Origin: a virus
IMG/VR virus record: IMGVR_UViG_3300010429_000218
Span: 2,528-66,527 of that record
Length of the DNA stretch: 64,000 nt
Strand: one strand, 5' to 3'
Below are positions 37,523-46,285 of this stretch, piece by piece. The translations under genes were made by a program, and so were the position numbers. Position 1 is the first letter of the stretch, and each line of letters starts with the position of its first letter. The notes beneath the pieces are model-generated. The model made no database searches and was not told where the DNA came from. It saw only the letters and a program-made list of their open reading frames with translations.

Positions 37523-37917
37523 TAGGTCGGCTGATTGCTGGTGTAGGTCGGATTCGAGTTGAACTGCACCGGATTACCGCTGGTGATGGCCTGATCGCTC
37601 GATTCCGTAGTCACATACAGCACCTTGGAGGCGCCGGTCTGGACGAAAGCGACGTGCATACCAGTACCAGGATTCACCGTCTGCGCCGCGTTTCCGCCGC
37701 TCTTCCCGGTCAGCGTCGCAGTAAGGACGCGTGCTGCGCCATCAGCACCGGCCAGGGCGAAGTCACCCGTTACCAGCGTTGCCTCGGCAACCTTATTGGC
37801 GCCGTTGACCGTGGCGTAGACATTGGAATAGGCCGAGATAAGAATAACCTTGTCGCAATTATCCTTGATGTACTTCGGGCCTTGGTCGAGAACATCTGCG
37901 TGTGCATAAACTGTCAT
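37522..37917 (-). CDS. Small beta-rich virion fibre subunit
   Basis: 131 aa, VLDQG...GDFALAGADGAARVLT..HVAFV..KVLYVT. Confidence 0.7.
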   Translation of the reverse strand: MTVYAHADVLDQGPKYIKDNCDKVILISAYSNVYATVNGANKVAEATLVTGDFALAGADGAARVLTATLTGKSGGNAAQTVNPGTGMHVAFVQTGASKVLYVTTESSDQAITSGNPVQFNSNPTYTSNQPT

Positions 37918-37935
37918 TTTGCTGCTCCTTAAAAA

Positions 37936-38580
37936 TTATGTGGTTACTTCGCCAATTACCCGTACTGGGTCGTACTCTTCGTTGCTTGATTTGAACAACC
38001 TCAGTCGGACTACATCGCTTGGATCAAGCGTGTTGTGCATTTCGAGTTCGGCAACGCCCTTCTTTATGCTCATCGGGATCGCTGCGGTATCGACGGCCGA
38101 AATGCGTAGCGTGGTTTTCTTGAGCGCGTTATCGATGGTTGCAGCAATGATGTTCAATGGCGCAAGGCTGGATTGAGAAGTGGCCCAAACCGTGCCGCCG
38201 ATCTTGTTCTTGAAGTCAATTGCCGGGGTGTAGTTGCTCAAGTCGCGCGGCGTCTTGAATGAAACAAACCCGCCACTCGTATAAGCCGGCCAAATCTTCC
38301 CGCTGTCATCTACTGGATTGACCTTGTTCAGTTCAATCGTATTGGGATCAATCACCAGGCATTCCTGCCGACCAACATCGTTGATCTGCTTCATTCCAAT
38401 AACACCGTAGACTTCAGCCTGCCAGCCGTCAGGCATGCCATGCCCGGCAACCGTCAATCTCGGGGCGCCCGCAGCAAGTGAAATAGCCGTGATCGGCTTG
38501 CGAATGATCGGATCAACGCTCCAATACACGTCAATCTCGTAAGTCTTGCCGCGCTCAATCAGGATTTCTTTAAGCGCCAT
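37936..38580 (-). CDS. Virion structural/adaptor protein
   Basis: ITAISLAAGAPRLTVAGHGM..V.GM.QIN..YTSGG small beta domain inserted in a BppU-like frame. Confidence 0.55.
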   Translation of the reverse strand: MALKEILIERGKTYEIDVYWSVDPIIRKPITAISLAAGAPRLTVAGHGMPDGWQAEVYGVIGMKQINDVGRQECLVIDPNTIELNKVNPVDDSGKIWPAYTSGGFVSFKTPRDLSNYTPAIDFKNKIGGTVWATSQSSLAPLNIIAATIDNALKKTTLRISAVDTAAIPMSIKKGVAELEMHNTLDPSDVVRLRLFKSSNEEYDPVRVIGEVTT

Positions 38581-38984
38581 TACGCAACTCCCTTTTGCTT
38601 TTTGTCGTAGCTGCGCATGGCGCCAAGACCAAGAATTCCAAAAAGAATCTGCATGGTCAGATTGGTATCGATAACAGGAAACGCCCCGGCGTAACCAAAC
38701 CAGACCTGTGCTGCAAAGCGCAGCAGCGGCTCAATGATTGCTGCATAGGAGAAAGCCAGTCCGCATGTCCAGCCAATGAACGGACGCCAACCGGCAATGA
38801 ATGCGTTCGCGCTCGCCGCCTCGACCTTATTCACATCAACCTGGCCCTGCATCCGGTTGGTTTCAGCGGCATAGGCGTCGAGTTCGGCCTTCATGCGTTC
38901 TTCGTCGGACGTGAAAAGATCATCGGCCACTTTGCCGACCGTGCTGATAAGTCCGCCAACAACGGCATCGACTATCGGGTTCAT
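38580..38984 (-). CDS. 3TM (GTA-type) holin-family protein
   Basis: VNKVEAA...FIAGWRPFIGW...LFGILGLGAMRSYDK. Confidence 0.85.
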   Translation of the reverse strand: MNPIVDAVVGGLISTVGKVADDLFTSDEERMKAELDAYAAETNRMQGQVDVNKVEAASANAFIAGWRPFIGWTCGLAFSYAAIIEPLLRFAAQVWFGYAGAFPVIDTNLTMQILFGILGLGAMRSYDKKQKGVA

Positions 38985-39487
38985 GTTGCCTCTCGCAAGG
39001 TACGGTTGATCCAGCCAAGAAGAAATTTCGACTGGCTGCGGTCGCGGGTCACAATGTCTCGATAGCGCGTTATCTTTGCCAGGGCGTAGTAGGCGACAAA
39101 GATAGAACTGTCGATGTTATTCAGCGCCACCAACGTCTTGGGTCCAATCACGCCATCTGGCGTCACCCCAACAACAATCTGCGCCAGTTTGATTGCGGTG
39201 CGCGGCCCGGCATTGACAGCGAAATCGAACAGGTTTGAAGCAATGGAAGGCGCAGCCACTTCATCGCCATGCACTGCATTCCAGAAATTGACACGGTAGA
39301 AGGCGCGCACCAGTTCGCTGGCCGGTATGTCGCCACGGTCAATATCTGACCATCCAGCCCAAGCCGGCCAGTGATTGCGGGCAATTCCGGCATAGGTTTG
39401 ACCGCCTCGATCACCGGCTACGTTGGTCAGCTTGTAGCCGCCCTCGTTGGCAATCATGCGCTCGTAAGCGGACTGAAAACTGCTCAC
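38981..39487 (-). CDS. Endolysin, glycoside hydrolase family 108
   Basis: EGGY....DRGGQTYAGI, FDFAVNAG, DGVIGPKT, FLLGWINR. Confidence 0.92.
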   Translation of the reverse strand: MSSFQSAYERMIANEGGYKLTNVAGDRGGQTYAGIARNHWPAWAGWSDIDRGDIPASELVRAFYRVNFWNAVHGDEVAAPSIASNLFDFAVNAGPRTAIKLAQIVVGVTPDGVIGPKTLVALNNIDSSIFVAYYALAKITRYRDIVTRDRSQSKFLLGWINRTLREAT

Positions 39488-39804
39488 TTCACCACCTCCA
39501 ACCAGACGGCGCTTCCGTTGCCTTCGGCAACCTCAAGCATGGCGAGAAGGCGGCTGAGAGCACCTTGTGATGGCAGGACACCATTGCGGCTGAGTACGCT
39601 ACCCAAAACGCAGTCGCACTCGTAAGAAGCTCCAATCCACCCGAGGCCAATGGCATCTGGAAGAACTTTTCCATGAACATGCGCGTATTGCGTTGCGACC
39701 TCATAGCGTCCAGTTGGTAAATCGTTGCGTCCATTTCCGACTCCTGCCAGGCAAAACCGAAGGTTGTCGACGTAGAAAACGCCGTCTTTGATCGATAGGT
39801 TCAC
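39484..39804 (-). CDS. Hypothetical lysis-cassette protein (DUF5675-like, degenerate)
   Basis: LPTGRYEV...LP...DCVLG...SQGALSRL pattern. Confidence 0.45.
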   Translation of the reverse strand: MNLSIKDGVFYVDNLRFCLAGVGNGRNDLPTGRYEVATQYAHVHGKVLPDAIGLGWIGASYECDCVLGSVLSRNGVLPSQGALSRLLAMLEVAEGNGSAVWLEVVK

Positions 39805-40016
39805 TCGTCTTCCATCTCAAGTTTCGGAAACGGCATGCGCCTTACCTTTTCCTCGATAAGTCGCAGATGCTTGTGCTTGTAGTACCAGTTGATACAGAAG
39901 GTGATGAAGGCGAAGAACAGACCGGATAACACCGCGAAATCATTGGCCGTCAGCCCGAAAAGAATCAAAGAACCGCTGGCCGTGTAGCTTGCTATTGAGG
40001 TTTTTGGGTCTGTCAT
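39801..40016 (-). CDS. Holin-like small membrane protein
   Basis: TM segments followed by INWYYKHK. Confidence 0.7.
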   Translation of the reverse strand: MTDPKTSIASYTASGSLILFGLTANDFAVLSGLFFAFITFCINWYYKHKHLRLIEEKVRRMPFPKLEMEDE

Positions 40017-40666
40017 CAGTTAGCCCCTACGTCGTAATACTGTTCCTGCGCCCAATGTTCGTCGAGCGGTCGGCTTTCTCCGAAGTTGCGTACAAACTCG
40101 GCTTTGTGTGCCTCTGATTTCTTTGGGTCGTACAGATCAAAATCCTGCACCGCATAACACCGATGCTTCGCCCAATCGAGCAGCATCAGGTGATAGTGTT
40201 CGCGGATTTCCGGCTCGTCTTCATCATCTACCATCGGGCCAAGCGGCTTGCGAACAACCGTCATTGATAGCCGGTCAGCAAGTCGCGTTGCCGGCCACAG
40301 GCGGATATATCCGGTCTGCCAGTCAGGAACAAAGCGGATTGGCACGCTGGCCTGATCTTCTTCCCAACTCGGTATCATTTCGTCCATTGCCCGAGCAACA
40401 CACGGCGTCAGCGAGCGTTTGGTCGATGCGAGGCGGGCGCGACGGACGTAAATGATTGATGGATCAAGGTCGGCACCAGCATCCCCGGCGAACAGGTCGA
40501 TTGATGTAACCGATGAAGTTGAATCCACCAGCAACAAGGCGCGACGCGCCGCTTCGACTTCCGACTCATTGATCCAGCGGTCAAGTTGCTCATCGGTGAA
40601 GAAATACTTCTTCACGTCATCCTTGATGTCGGCACGCAGTTGTTTGCGCAATTCGCCCTTGTTCAT
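40016..40666 (-). CDS. Head-tail adaptor protein
   Basis: YFFTDEQLDRWINE...IRLWP...EPEIREHYHLMLLDWA. Confidence 0.7.
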   Translation of the reverse strand: MNKGELRKQLRADIKDDVKKYFFTDEQLDRWINESEVEAARRALLLVDSTSSVTSIDLFAGDAGADLDPSIIYVRRARLASTKRSLTPCVARAMDEMIPSWEEDQASVPIRFVPDWQTGYIRLWPATRLADRLSMTVVRKPLGPMVDDEDEPEIREHYHLMLLDWAKHRCYAVQDFDLYDPKKSEAHKAEFVRNFGESRPLDEHWAQEQYYDVGAN

Positions 40667-42060
40667 GCTGCCGCCTGCTCTTTCCAGACAACTGCCTGAT
40701 ATACGTCTGCCGGATCAATCAACCGCTGGCACATGGCCGCGCCGGTTTCCTTGTCTTCCTTGCAGAATTCTCGGGTGTAGTGCAGGCGGTGGCAGGGATA
40801 GCAATCAAGACCATTGGGCGCCAGGGCAATGGTGTTTTCCCAATGCTTCGTCAGGTTTTCGTGGGAACTATGCGAGAGCAAGACAACCTTGCGGTTATCC
40901 TCGAAGGCCACAGCATTCAAAACGCCGGTTTCGCAGCCGAGAACGACATCAACCTCTTTTGCCAGCGCCAGCGTGTCACGAATGCCAATCTCGCCGGAAA
41001 GACACACCACGCGGCTTTCCTTCTCCCATCCCGCTTCAAGGATGACGCAAGCCGCATCGCCAACAAGAAAGATTCGGCAATCCTGATTTTCAAGCAGGAT
41101 GCGGGCAATCACTACATCCTGTCCGGGATAGAACTTATGACAGGACGATCCAGCCAGCGCCCACATCACGTTCAGACCGGGGCCAAGACGCGCACGGGCG
41201 GCCCTTGTCTCTGCTTCGGTCGGGTAGAACTTCGACTCGCTGGCATAGGGAACGCCGGCCAGCATCGATGAGAATTCAAGGTAGTTCTCGTCAAGCATGG
41301 CATGACGAACTTCATGCGGCCAGCCATGATTGGCCCGTCCCGGCATGGCAATCAAGGTGCCTTCGACCGACTCGCAGAGATTGACGAATTTATCGAACCG
41401 TTGTGAAACCACTTTCCAGAACTCGCTGAGTTCGTGGTTTGGCACTTGGTCATGGTCCTGAATGAACCAGTCGTCAATGTTCGGATCATTCTCGATGACT
41501 TCCTTGCCCTTGGGCGTAGTCATCACCGTGACGCGATAGCCTTGGCGCTTCAGCGCAGGAAGGACATTTGCCGCCTGGATCATGTCGCCGAAACCGCCGT
41601 AACGCACGACACAAGCGGTTTTCTGCTTGCCTTTCAGCGCCTTGACCATCCAGCTATTGACGTTGCTCTGTCCTTCAATCTTGCGAAAAACCAGCAGTTG
41701 CTTATCGTCTTCACGAACGATCAAGTCCCATCCGCCAACCACGTCGCGCATGGCGTCAATGATCTGCTTCGGATCATCCTGAAGATTGAGGACCAGATGC
41801 CCGCCGACCTTTACGCAGCGCCACCAGTCAGCAAGCGACTTGATGGCTTCGGCGTACTGGCTGCAATAGACCGCATCAACGCTGCCATCCTCAATGACCA
41901 GAGACAGATCAGACGGCGTTTCAACGCGGATGTCGGGCCGCACGCCCTCACGCGGCGTATCGACGCACAGGAAATGCGGATAGGCTTTTCCAGCAATGTC
42001 GAGAACAACCCCTCGGGTATATTCAACGACTTCGTACTTGATGGAGTTAGACGGATTCAC
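40663..42060 (-). CDS. Glycosyltransferase family 9 (heptosyltransferase-like) with N-terminal methyltransferase-like domain
   Basis: VVRYGGFGDMI..LPALK, VLGCETGVLN, CYPC..C..C; N-term DGSVDAVY..LADWWRCVKVGGHLVL. Confidence 0.85.
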   Translation of the reverse strand: MNPSNSIKYEVVEYTRGVVLDIAGKAYPHFLCVDTPREGVRPDIRVETPSDLSLVIEDGSVDAVYCSQYAEAIKSLADWWRCVKVGGHLVLNLQDDPKQIIDAMRDVVGGWDLIVREDDKQLLVFRKIEGQSNVNSWMVKALKGKQKTACVVRYGGFGDMIQAANVLPALKRQGYRVTVMTTPKGKEVIENDPNIDDWFIQDHDQVPNHELSEFWKVVSQRFDKFVNLCESVEGTLIAMPGRANHGWPHEVRHAMLDENYLEFSSMLAGVPYASESKFYPTEAETRAARARLGPGLNVMWALAGSSCHKFYPGQDVVIARILLENQDCRIFLVGDAACVILEAGWEKESRVVCLSGEIGIRDTLALAKEVDVVLGCETGVLNAVAFEDNRKVVLLSHSSHENLTKHWENTIALAPNGLDCYPCHRLHYTREFCKEDKETGAAMCQRLIDPADVYQAVVWKEQAAA

Positions 42061-42292
42061 CCGTTACCCCTTGCAGGTTGGCGGCGAGTTGGTCATCGAC
42101 GGCAACAGGTTCGGCTTTCTTCGGGCCGCGCTTTTTCGGCGCAACAGGTTCGACTTCAGGCGCTTGGTCATCGACAGCCAGCGCATTGCCGTCAGCATCA
42201 AACAAGATTTCATCCTGAACGAATGCGGCGCCGCCATCGTGGCCCCACACTTCACCGTAACCGCGCGAACGGTCGAGTTTCTTTGTCATCAT
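42047..42292 (-). CDS. Hypothetical protein
   Basis: Coupled ORF in head-gene cluster. Confidence 0.65.
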   Translation of the reverse strand: MMTKKLDRSRGYGEVWGHDGGAAFVQDEILFDADGNALAVDDQAPEVEPVAPKKRGPKKAEPVAVDDQLAANLQGVTGESV

Positions 42293-42298
42293 CGATCC

Positions 42299-42595
42299 TT
42301 ATTTGTTAGCGAAACGGTCGGACGGCGCATCGCTATCCGCATCGAAACTGCCAAGACTGCCGGTGAAATCCGGATGGCTGGCCGACTCATTGATTTGCTC
42401 GTTGATGCCAAAACGGCGGGCCGAGTGGTGGTCGCTTGAGGCATCAATGCTGCCAAGTCGATTGGTCGCTCCGCCCTCATACGAAACGCCGTGCGAATCA
42501 CCTTCGCAGCCGGTTTCCGTGCCTTTGTCGTCCAGGTTGCCCAACTGCCCGTTACCTACGCGGTTCAGCGCGGCCAATTCAGAATTAACGCCCAT
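42299..42595 (-). CDS. Hypothetical acidic protein (possible capsid accessory)
   Basis: AAGGA RBS; low-complexity acidic sequence. Confidence 0.6.
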   Translation of the reverse strand: MGVNSELAALNRVGNGQLGNLDDKGTETGCEGDSHGVSYEGGATNRLGSIDASSDHHSARRFGINEQINESASHPDFTGSLGSFDADSDAPSDRFANK

Positions 42596-42604
42596 GATCG
42601 TTCC

Positions 42605-42823
42605 TTATCGCGTGTTGAAGCCGATAGGGCTAAGAAAGCCCTCGCGCTCGTAAATGCTGCCGTCCTTGGTGTTGCCTTCGTGGTCGGCTTCGATATTCAT
42701 TTCTTCCGAGATGAACCCATGTTTGATTTCTGCCGAACTGACGCCGGTTTTCTGTGCGCCATAGAGGCCATAGGTGGCCTGTTCATTCGGGGTTTTCTGT
42801 GCTTCGGTGAATTCTTTGAGCAT
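42605..42823 (-). CDS. Hypothetical protein (possible capsid accessory)
   Basis: GGAGA RBS; downstream of late motif 42863-42875. Confidence 0.6.
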   Translation of the reverse strand: MLKEFTEAQKTPNEQATYGLYGAQKTGVSSAEIKHGFISEEMNIEADHEGNTKDGSIYEREGFLSPIGFNTR

Positions 42824-42869
42824 GACTTTCTCCGTTAGGTCGGATGCATGGAGTGTTACTCAACCCCTC

Positions 42870-43565
42870 CTAATCAGAGGTTGCCCATCCAGGTAGCTTG
42901 CGGAAGAAACTATGCGTACCGCCTGAACTGATACGCGCACAAAGCCGATGCTTGACCGCCAGTTCTCCAAGTGACTTACCCGAGTACAATGAAATATGTC
43001 CGTTGCGTGGCGCGGCATACCACCAGTCGGCCAGATCATTGCCATCGGATAGCATGGTGCTGGCGATCAACACGCCTTCTGGCGCAAGGTATGAGGCCAG
43101 ATGCCGCATGACACGGTTCGGATCAGGCGCGTGTTCCAGCACCTCGAAGCAGGTAATCAGGTTGAACTGACCGGACGGCGCTTCCAGATGAATGAACGGG
43201 TCGTAGGCGGTCGAATCGAATCCAGCCTTGAGCAAGCGTTGCGTCAGTTGCCCGTCGCCGCTTCCATAATCCAGATGACGTATTTGCTTGCGCGCCCATG
43301 AATAGGCATAGATGATGTTCTTCGCCTGGCGCTCGGCCCTTATCCCGTCATACTCCGGATCGAACAGATGGTAGTCGGCGTTGTAGATGTTTGCGGCAAA
43401 CCACCCTGGCGGCTTGGCGCACAGATCAGGCGCCCATGAAAATCCGCAATCCTGGCAAGCATGGTAGGCAATCAGGTCGCCACTGGCTTCGTCGTGGTCG
43501 CATGACTTGTTGAACGGAATGTCAGCAACATGGGCGGATTGGCCGCTACAGATGGGGCATGTCAT
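42870..43565 (-). CDS. Class I SAM-dependent methyltransferase with N-terminal Zn ribbon
   Basis: CPIC..CQDC; HLDYGSGDG; FNLITCFEVLEH; LAPEGVL. Confidence 0.9.
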   Translation of the reverse strand: MTCPICSGQSAHVADIPFNKSCDHDEASGDLIAYHACQDCGFSWAPDLCAKPPGWFAANIYNADYHLFDPEYDGIRAERQAKNIIYAYSWARKQIRHLDYGSGDGQLTQRLLKAGFDSTAYDPFIHLEAPSGQFNLITCFEVLEHAPDPNRVMRHLASYLAPEGVLIASTMLSDGNDLADWWYAAPRNGHISLYSGKSLGELAVKHRLCARISSGGTHSFFRKLPGWATSD

Positions 43566-43604
43566 GGCCGAATGATTAGCCAGCCCCTCATGATTTCAGG
43601 CGAT

Positions 43605-43627
43605 AAAAAAGGGGCCGAAGCCCCTTT
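43605..43627 (-). terminator. Terminator after major capsid gene
   Basis: AAAGGGGC-TTCG-GCCCCTTTTTT. Confidence 0.85.
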
Positions 43628-43645
43628 GTCTGCTGAGATACTTGC

Positions 43646-44590
43646 TTACGCAGCGGAGTCCCACTTAATCACGCGGGCTTGGGATGCCGTGCTATGCACT
43701 AGTCCAAAACCGCCCAAATAATACCAGGCGATACCACGCGAGCGGCCATAGTCCTGCGGAATCATCCCGCGCATCTCTTCCGGCACAGCAATACCTTCCG
43801 CGACGGTATCGGCGCCGAAGAAGTAGGCCCAGTTCGACTTGCCATTGACGAAGGTTGCCTTCGCAATGTTGGTCTGCTCGATGAAACGGGTGGATTCGTA
43901 ACGACCGATTTCCCCGTTCATAATCATCTGGAAACCTTCCTGCACATACACCTTCATCGACTCCAGGTCGTTCTTGAAGGTCCGCAGCGTGGTCGGGTGG
44001 GCGATGGCAAAGTAATCGTCGCCTTCATACGGAGGAATGTTGCGTTCCTTCATGGTATCGACGATGTTCTTGACGTGCGCCTTGCCCAGTGCCACGTTGT
44101 TGGTGCCGGTGACGGTGCCGTTTGTATAGAGCGTGATAGCTGCCGTATCGGTGCCAGCGGTCGGGATGACGCGCAACGGGGTCGCGTTGAACTGGTCGTA
44201 AGCGGCTTGATCGAGCGCCTTCTTGGCGTCGTTCTTCAGCACCTTCTGCACGATTTCACGCACCGGATGCTCGGACAGATCGTCCAGCTTGCCGGAGTAA
44301 GGGACCGAATTACCGTACTCGGTAATGGTCATCGTACCCTGGACGATGGTGAAGTTGCTTTGCGGGATTGCCGTGCCTTCCGTCAGCACCGTACCCTGCG
44401 TGGCGATGTTTTGATACACGTTCCAGTGGAAGGTATCACCCTTGCCCTTGCCTTGAACGGCAGCGTCCTTGATGTCAGCGAACTGACGGAACTTGACCAG
44501 CGGTTGCAGCGCCATGCGCAGCACCTTGGACAGATTCGGCGACCACATGTAACCGCCGAGCGAATTGGTGAGCCATACTTGACCAGCCAT
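43646..44590 (-). CDS. Major capsid protein (N4-gp56-like, HK97 fold)
   Basis: KGKGDTF, TITEYGNSV, GEIGRYE..RFIE, DYGR..GIAWY; after scaffold, followed by strong terminator. Confidence 0.88.
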   Translation of the reverse strand: MAGQVWLTNSLGGYMWSPNLSKVLRMALQPLVKFRQFADIKDAAVQGKGKGDTFHWNVYQNIATQGTVLTEGTAIPQSNFTIVQGTMTITEYGNSVPYSGKLDDLSEHPVREIVQKVLKNDAKKALDQAAYDQFNATPLRVIPTAGTDTAAITLYTNGTVTGTNNVALGKAHVKNIVDTMKERNIPPYEGDDYFAIAHPTTLRTFKNDLESMKVYVQEGFQMIMNGEIGRYESTRFIEQTNIAKATFVNGKSNWAYFFGADTVAEGIAVPEEMRGMIPQDYGRSRGIAWYYLGGFGLVHSTASQARVIKWDSAA

Positions 44591-44607
44591 GATAGAACTC
44601 CTTCAGA

Positions 44608-45576
44608 TTATCCGGTTTGTCGAGGCAGCGATTGCCCCAAACGTCTTGCCGCCATTTCCTGAATCACGGAGGAATGGTTGTCTTCTTCCGGACTCAATGC
44701 GGGCGTGACGGCGGTGCTGGAGGCAGAACGAACGGGTTCCAGCCTCTCCTTGTTTTCCAGTCGGCTGTTCTTGTTCGGCTTGTCCGAAGTGTTCGAGCGC
44801 CCCGCTGGCACCTTGCCAATCGACCTGTAAACCTCTTCTGCCGCGGTCAGCAACGCCTGCGCCCGTGGAACACCTTGGGCAATGGCTTCATTGCTGCGCA
44901 TGACAGTCAGCATTTCCAGATTGCGATCAGAAACAAGGTCGGGGTAGTCCGTTTGCACCTTGGTAACAGCCTGGTCAAAGACCAACTTTTCCTGGACAGC
45001 AAAGGCCAGTTCATCGACCGACATCTGCGGCGATTGCGGGGTAGGCTGGTCACCGCCCCGAGTTTTCGCCATCAGTTTCGTCAATGCTTCCGTTGCTGCT
45101 TCTTCATCCCCGCTGTAAATGGCAGACAGGGTTTCTTTCACCTCGTCGCGCACGTCTTTGGACGGCTCGGCGAGTTGTGAAACTTGGGTTTGCGCGGCCA
45201 GTTGGGCGGCGCGCTGTTCGGCTTCGCGCAACAGTTGGGCGGCTTCTTCCAGCCGGCGATCTGCTGCGGAGTTCTTCTGATACGAACGGATAAGTTCGTC
45301 TTCAGTAATGGATCGTTCTTCGCCATCGACCTTGACCCGAACCACTTTGGCCTCGGGTGCGGCGGGCGTCACAACTTCTTCAGGCTTGTCCTCGACCACT
45401 GGCACATCATCTGGATCATCCGCCACCAGCTTGACGCCGGTATCCTCTTCCATGCGACGCAGGTTCGCCAGTTCAATCTGCTCCATCGCAATTTCACGAT
45501 TCGACTTGATTGCGGCTACGGATTCCGGCGACACGTCCTCATTTTGGATAGCATCGTCATTGGCCTGAACGGTCAT
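44608..45576 (-). CDS. Capsid scaffolding protein
   Basis: Acidic/coiled-coil, VKVDGEE..IT.DEL..SYQK motif; upstream of capsid gene. Confidence 0.8.
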   Translation of the reverse strand: MTVQANDDAIQNEDVSPESVAAIKSNREIAMEQIELANLRRMEEDTGVKLVADDPDDVPVVEDKPEEVVTPAAPEAKVVRVKVDGEERSITEDELIRSYQKNSAADRRLEEAAQLLREAEQRAAQLAAQTQVSQLAEPSKDVRDEVKETLSAIYSGDEEAATEALTKLMAKTRGGDQPTPQSPQMSVDELAFAVQEKLVFDQAVTKVQTDYPDLVSDRNLEMLTVMRSNEAIAQGVPRAQALLTAAEEVYRSIGKVPAGRSNTSDKPNKNSRLENKERLEPVRSASSTAVTPALSPEEDNHSSVIQEMAARRLGQSLPRQTG

Positions 45577-45579
45577 GTT

Positions 45580-45870
45580 TTAAAGCTCCTTGTTGATTGC
45601 GGCTTCGGCTGCGTTATGGCCGGCCTGGATGGCATCGGCGAGCCAGTATTGAACTGACTCAGCGACTTGGATGATGTGCTGTTGTGCCCTGATTCCCTTG
45701 GGGTTTTCCGGATCGATCCGCTTCAATTCCTCAACTGCCGATTCGATTTCCTCGTCGGCGCGTTTAATCAGGAATTGCCCAATTGGACCCTGCAAAAACG
45801 CCTCAACCTGAAAGCTCAGATCGATGCTTTGCTGAATTTCGCGGACTTCCTGTGTTTGTTCGTTCGTCAT
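45580..45870 (-). CDS. Hypothetical head-module protein
   Basis: Helical ORF between portal region and scaffold. Confidence 0.65.
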   Translation of the reverse strand: MTNEQTQEVREIQQSIDLSFQVEAFLQGPIGQFLIKRADEEIESAVEELKRIDPENPKGIRAQQHIIQVAESVQYWLADAIQAGHNAAEAAINKEL

Positions 45871-45913
45871 AGTGGCGAACACTACTGCTACCCCTCCTAA
45901 TATGAGGATTCAA

Positions 45914-46285
45914 TCATTCAAGATTGCGCAGCTTGTAGAGCGTGCCAAGATAGAGCGCGGCGATTTCATCGATGATGTTTAGCAACGGGCCATGCGCCGG
46001 CTTCTCGAACGCGCTGCGGGCGCTGACGATTTCTGTCAGGAAAGACTCCAGCACTGCATCAATCTTTCCCTTGGCTGGCGTGCCATAAGGAATGTTGGTC
46101 AATGGTGTGTACATCCCGGCATAGGCTTCGGCGAAACGGTCAGCCAAAGGAATGATGGCTTCGTAGAAATCGCCGAGCGCCACATGACTTGCGTAACTTC
46201 CCGGCCCGGTTGCCGCCAGATGGGCGCGGTGCGCCTGTTCGCGGGACATGAACATGATCGAGACTAGGTTAGCGGCTTCTTTCAT
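45914..46285 (-). CDS. Ferritin/Dps-like protein (DUF5856-like)
   Basis: AHRAHL....SYASHVALGDFYE..D.FAEAY.G..NIIDEI...YKL. Confidence 0.75.
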   Translation of the reverse strand: MKEAANLVSIMFMSREQAHRAHLAATGPGSYASHVALGDFYEAIIPLADRFAEAYAGMYTPLTNIPYGTPAKGKIDAVLESFLTEIVSARSAFEKPAHGPLLNIIDEIAALYLGTLYKLRNLE

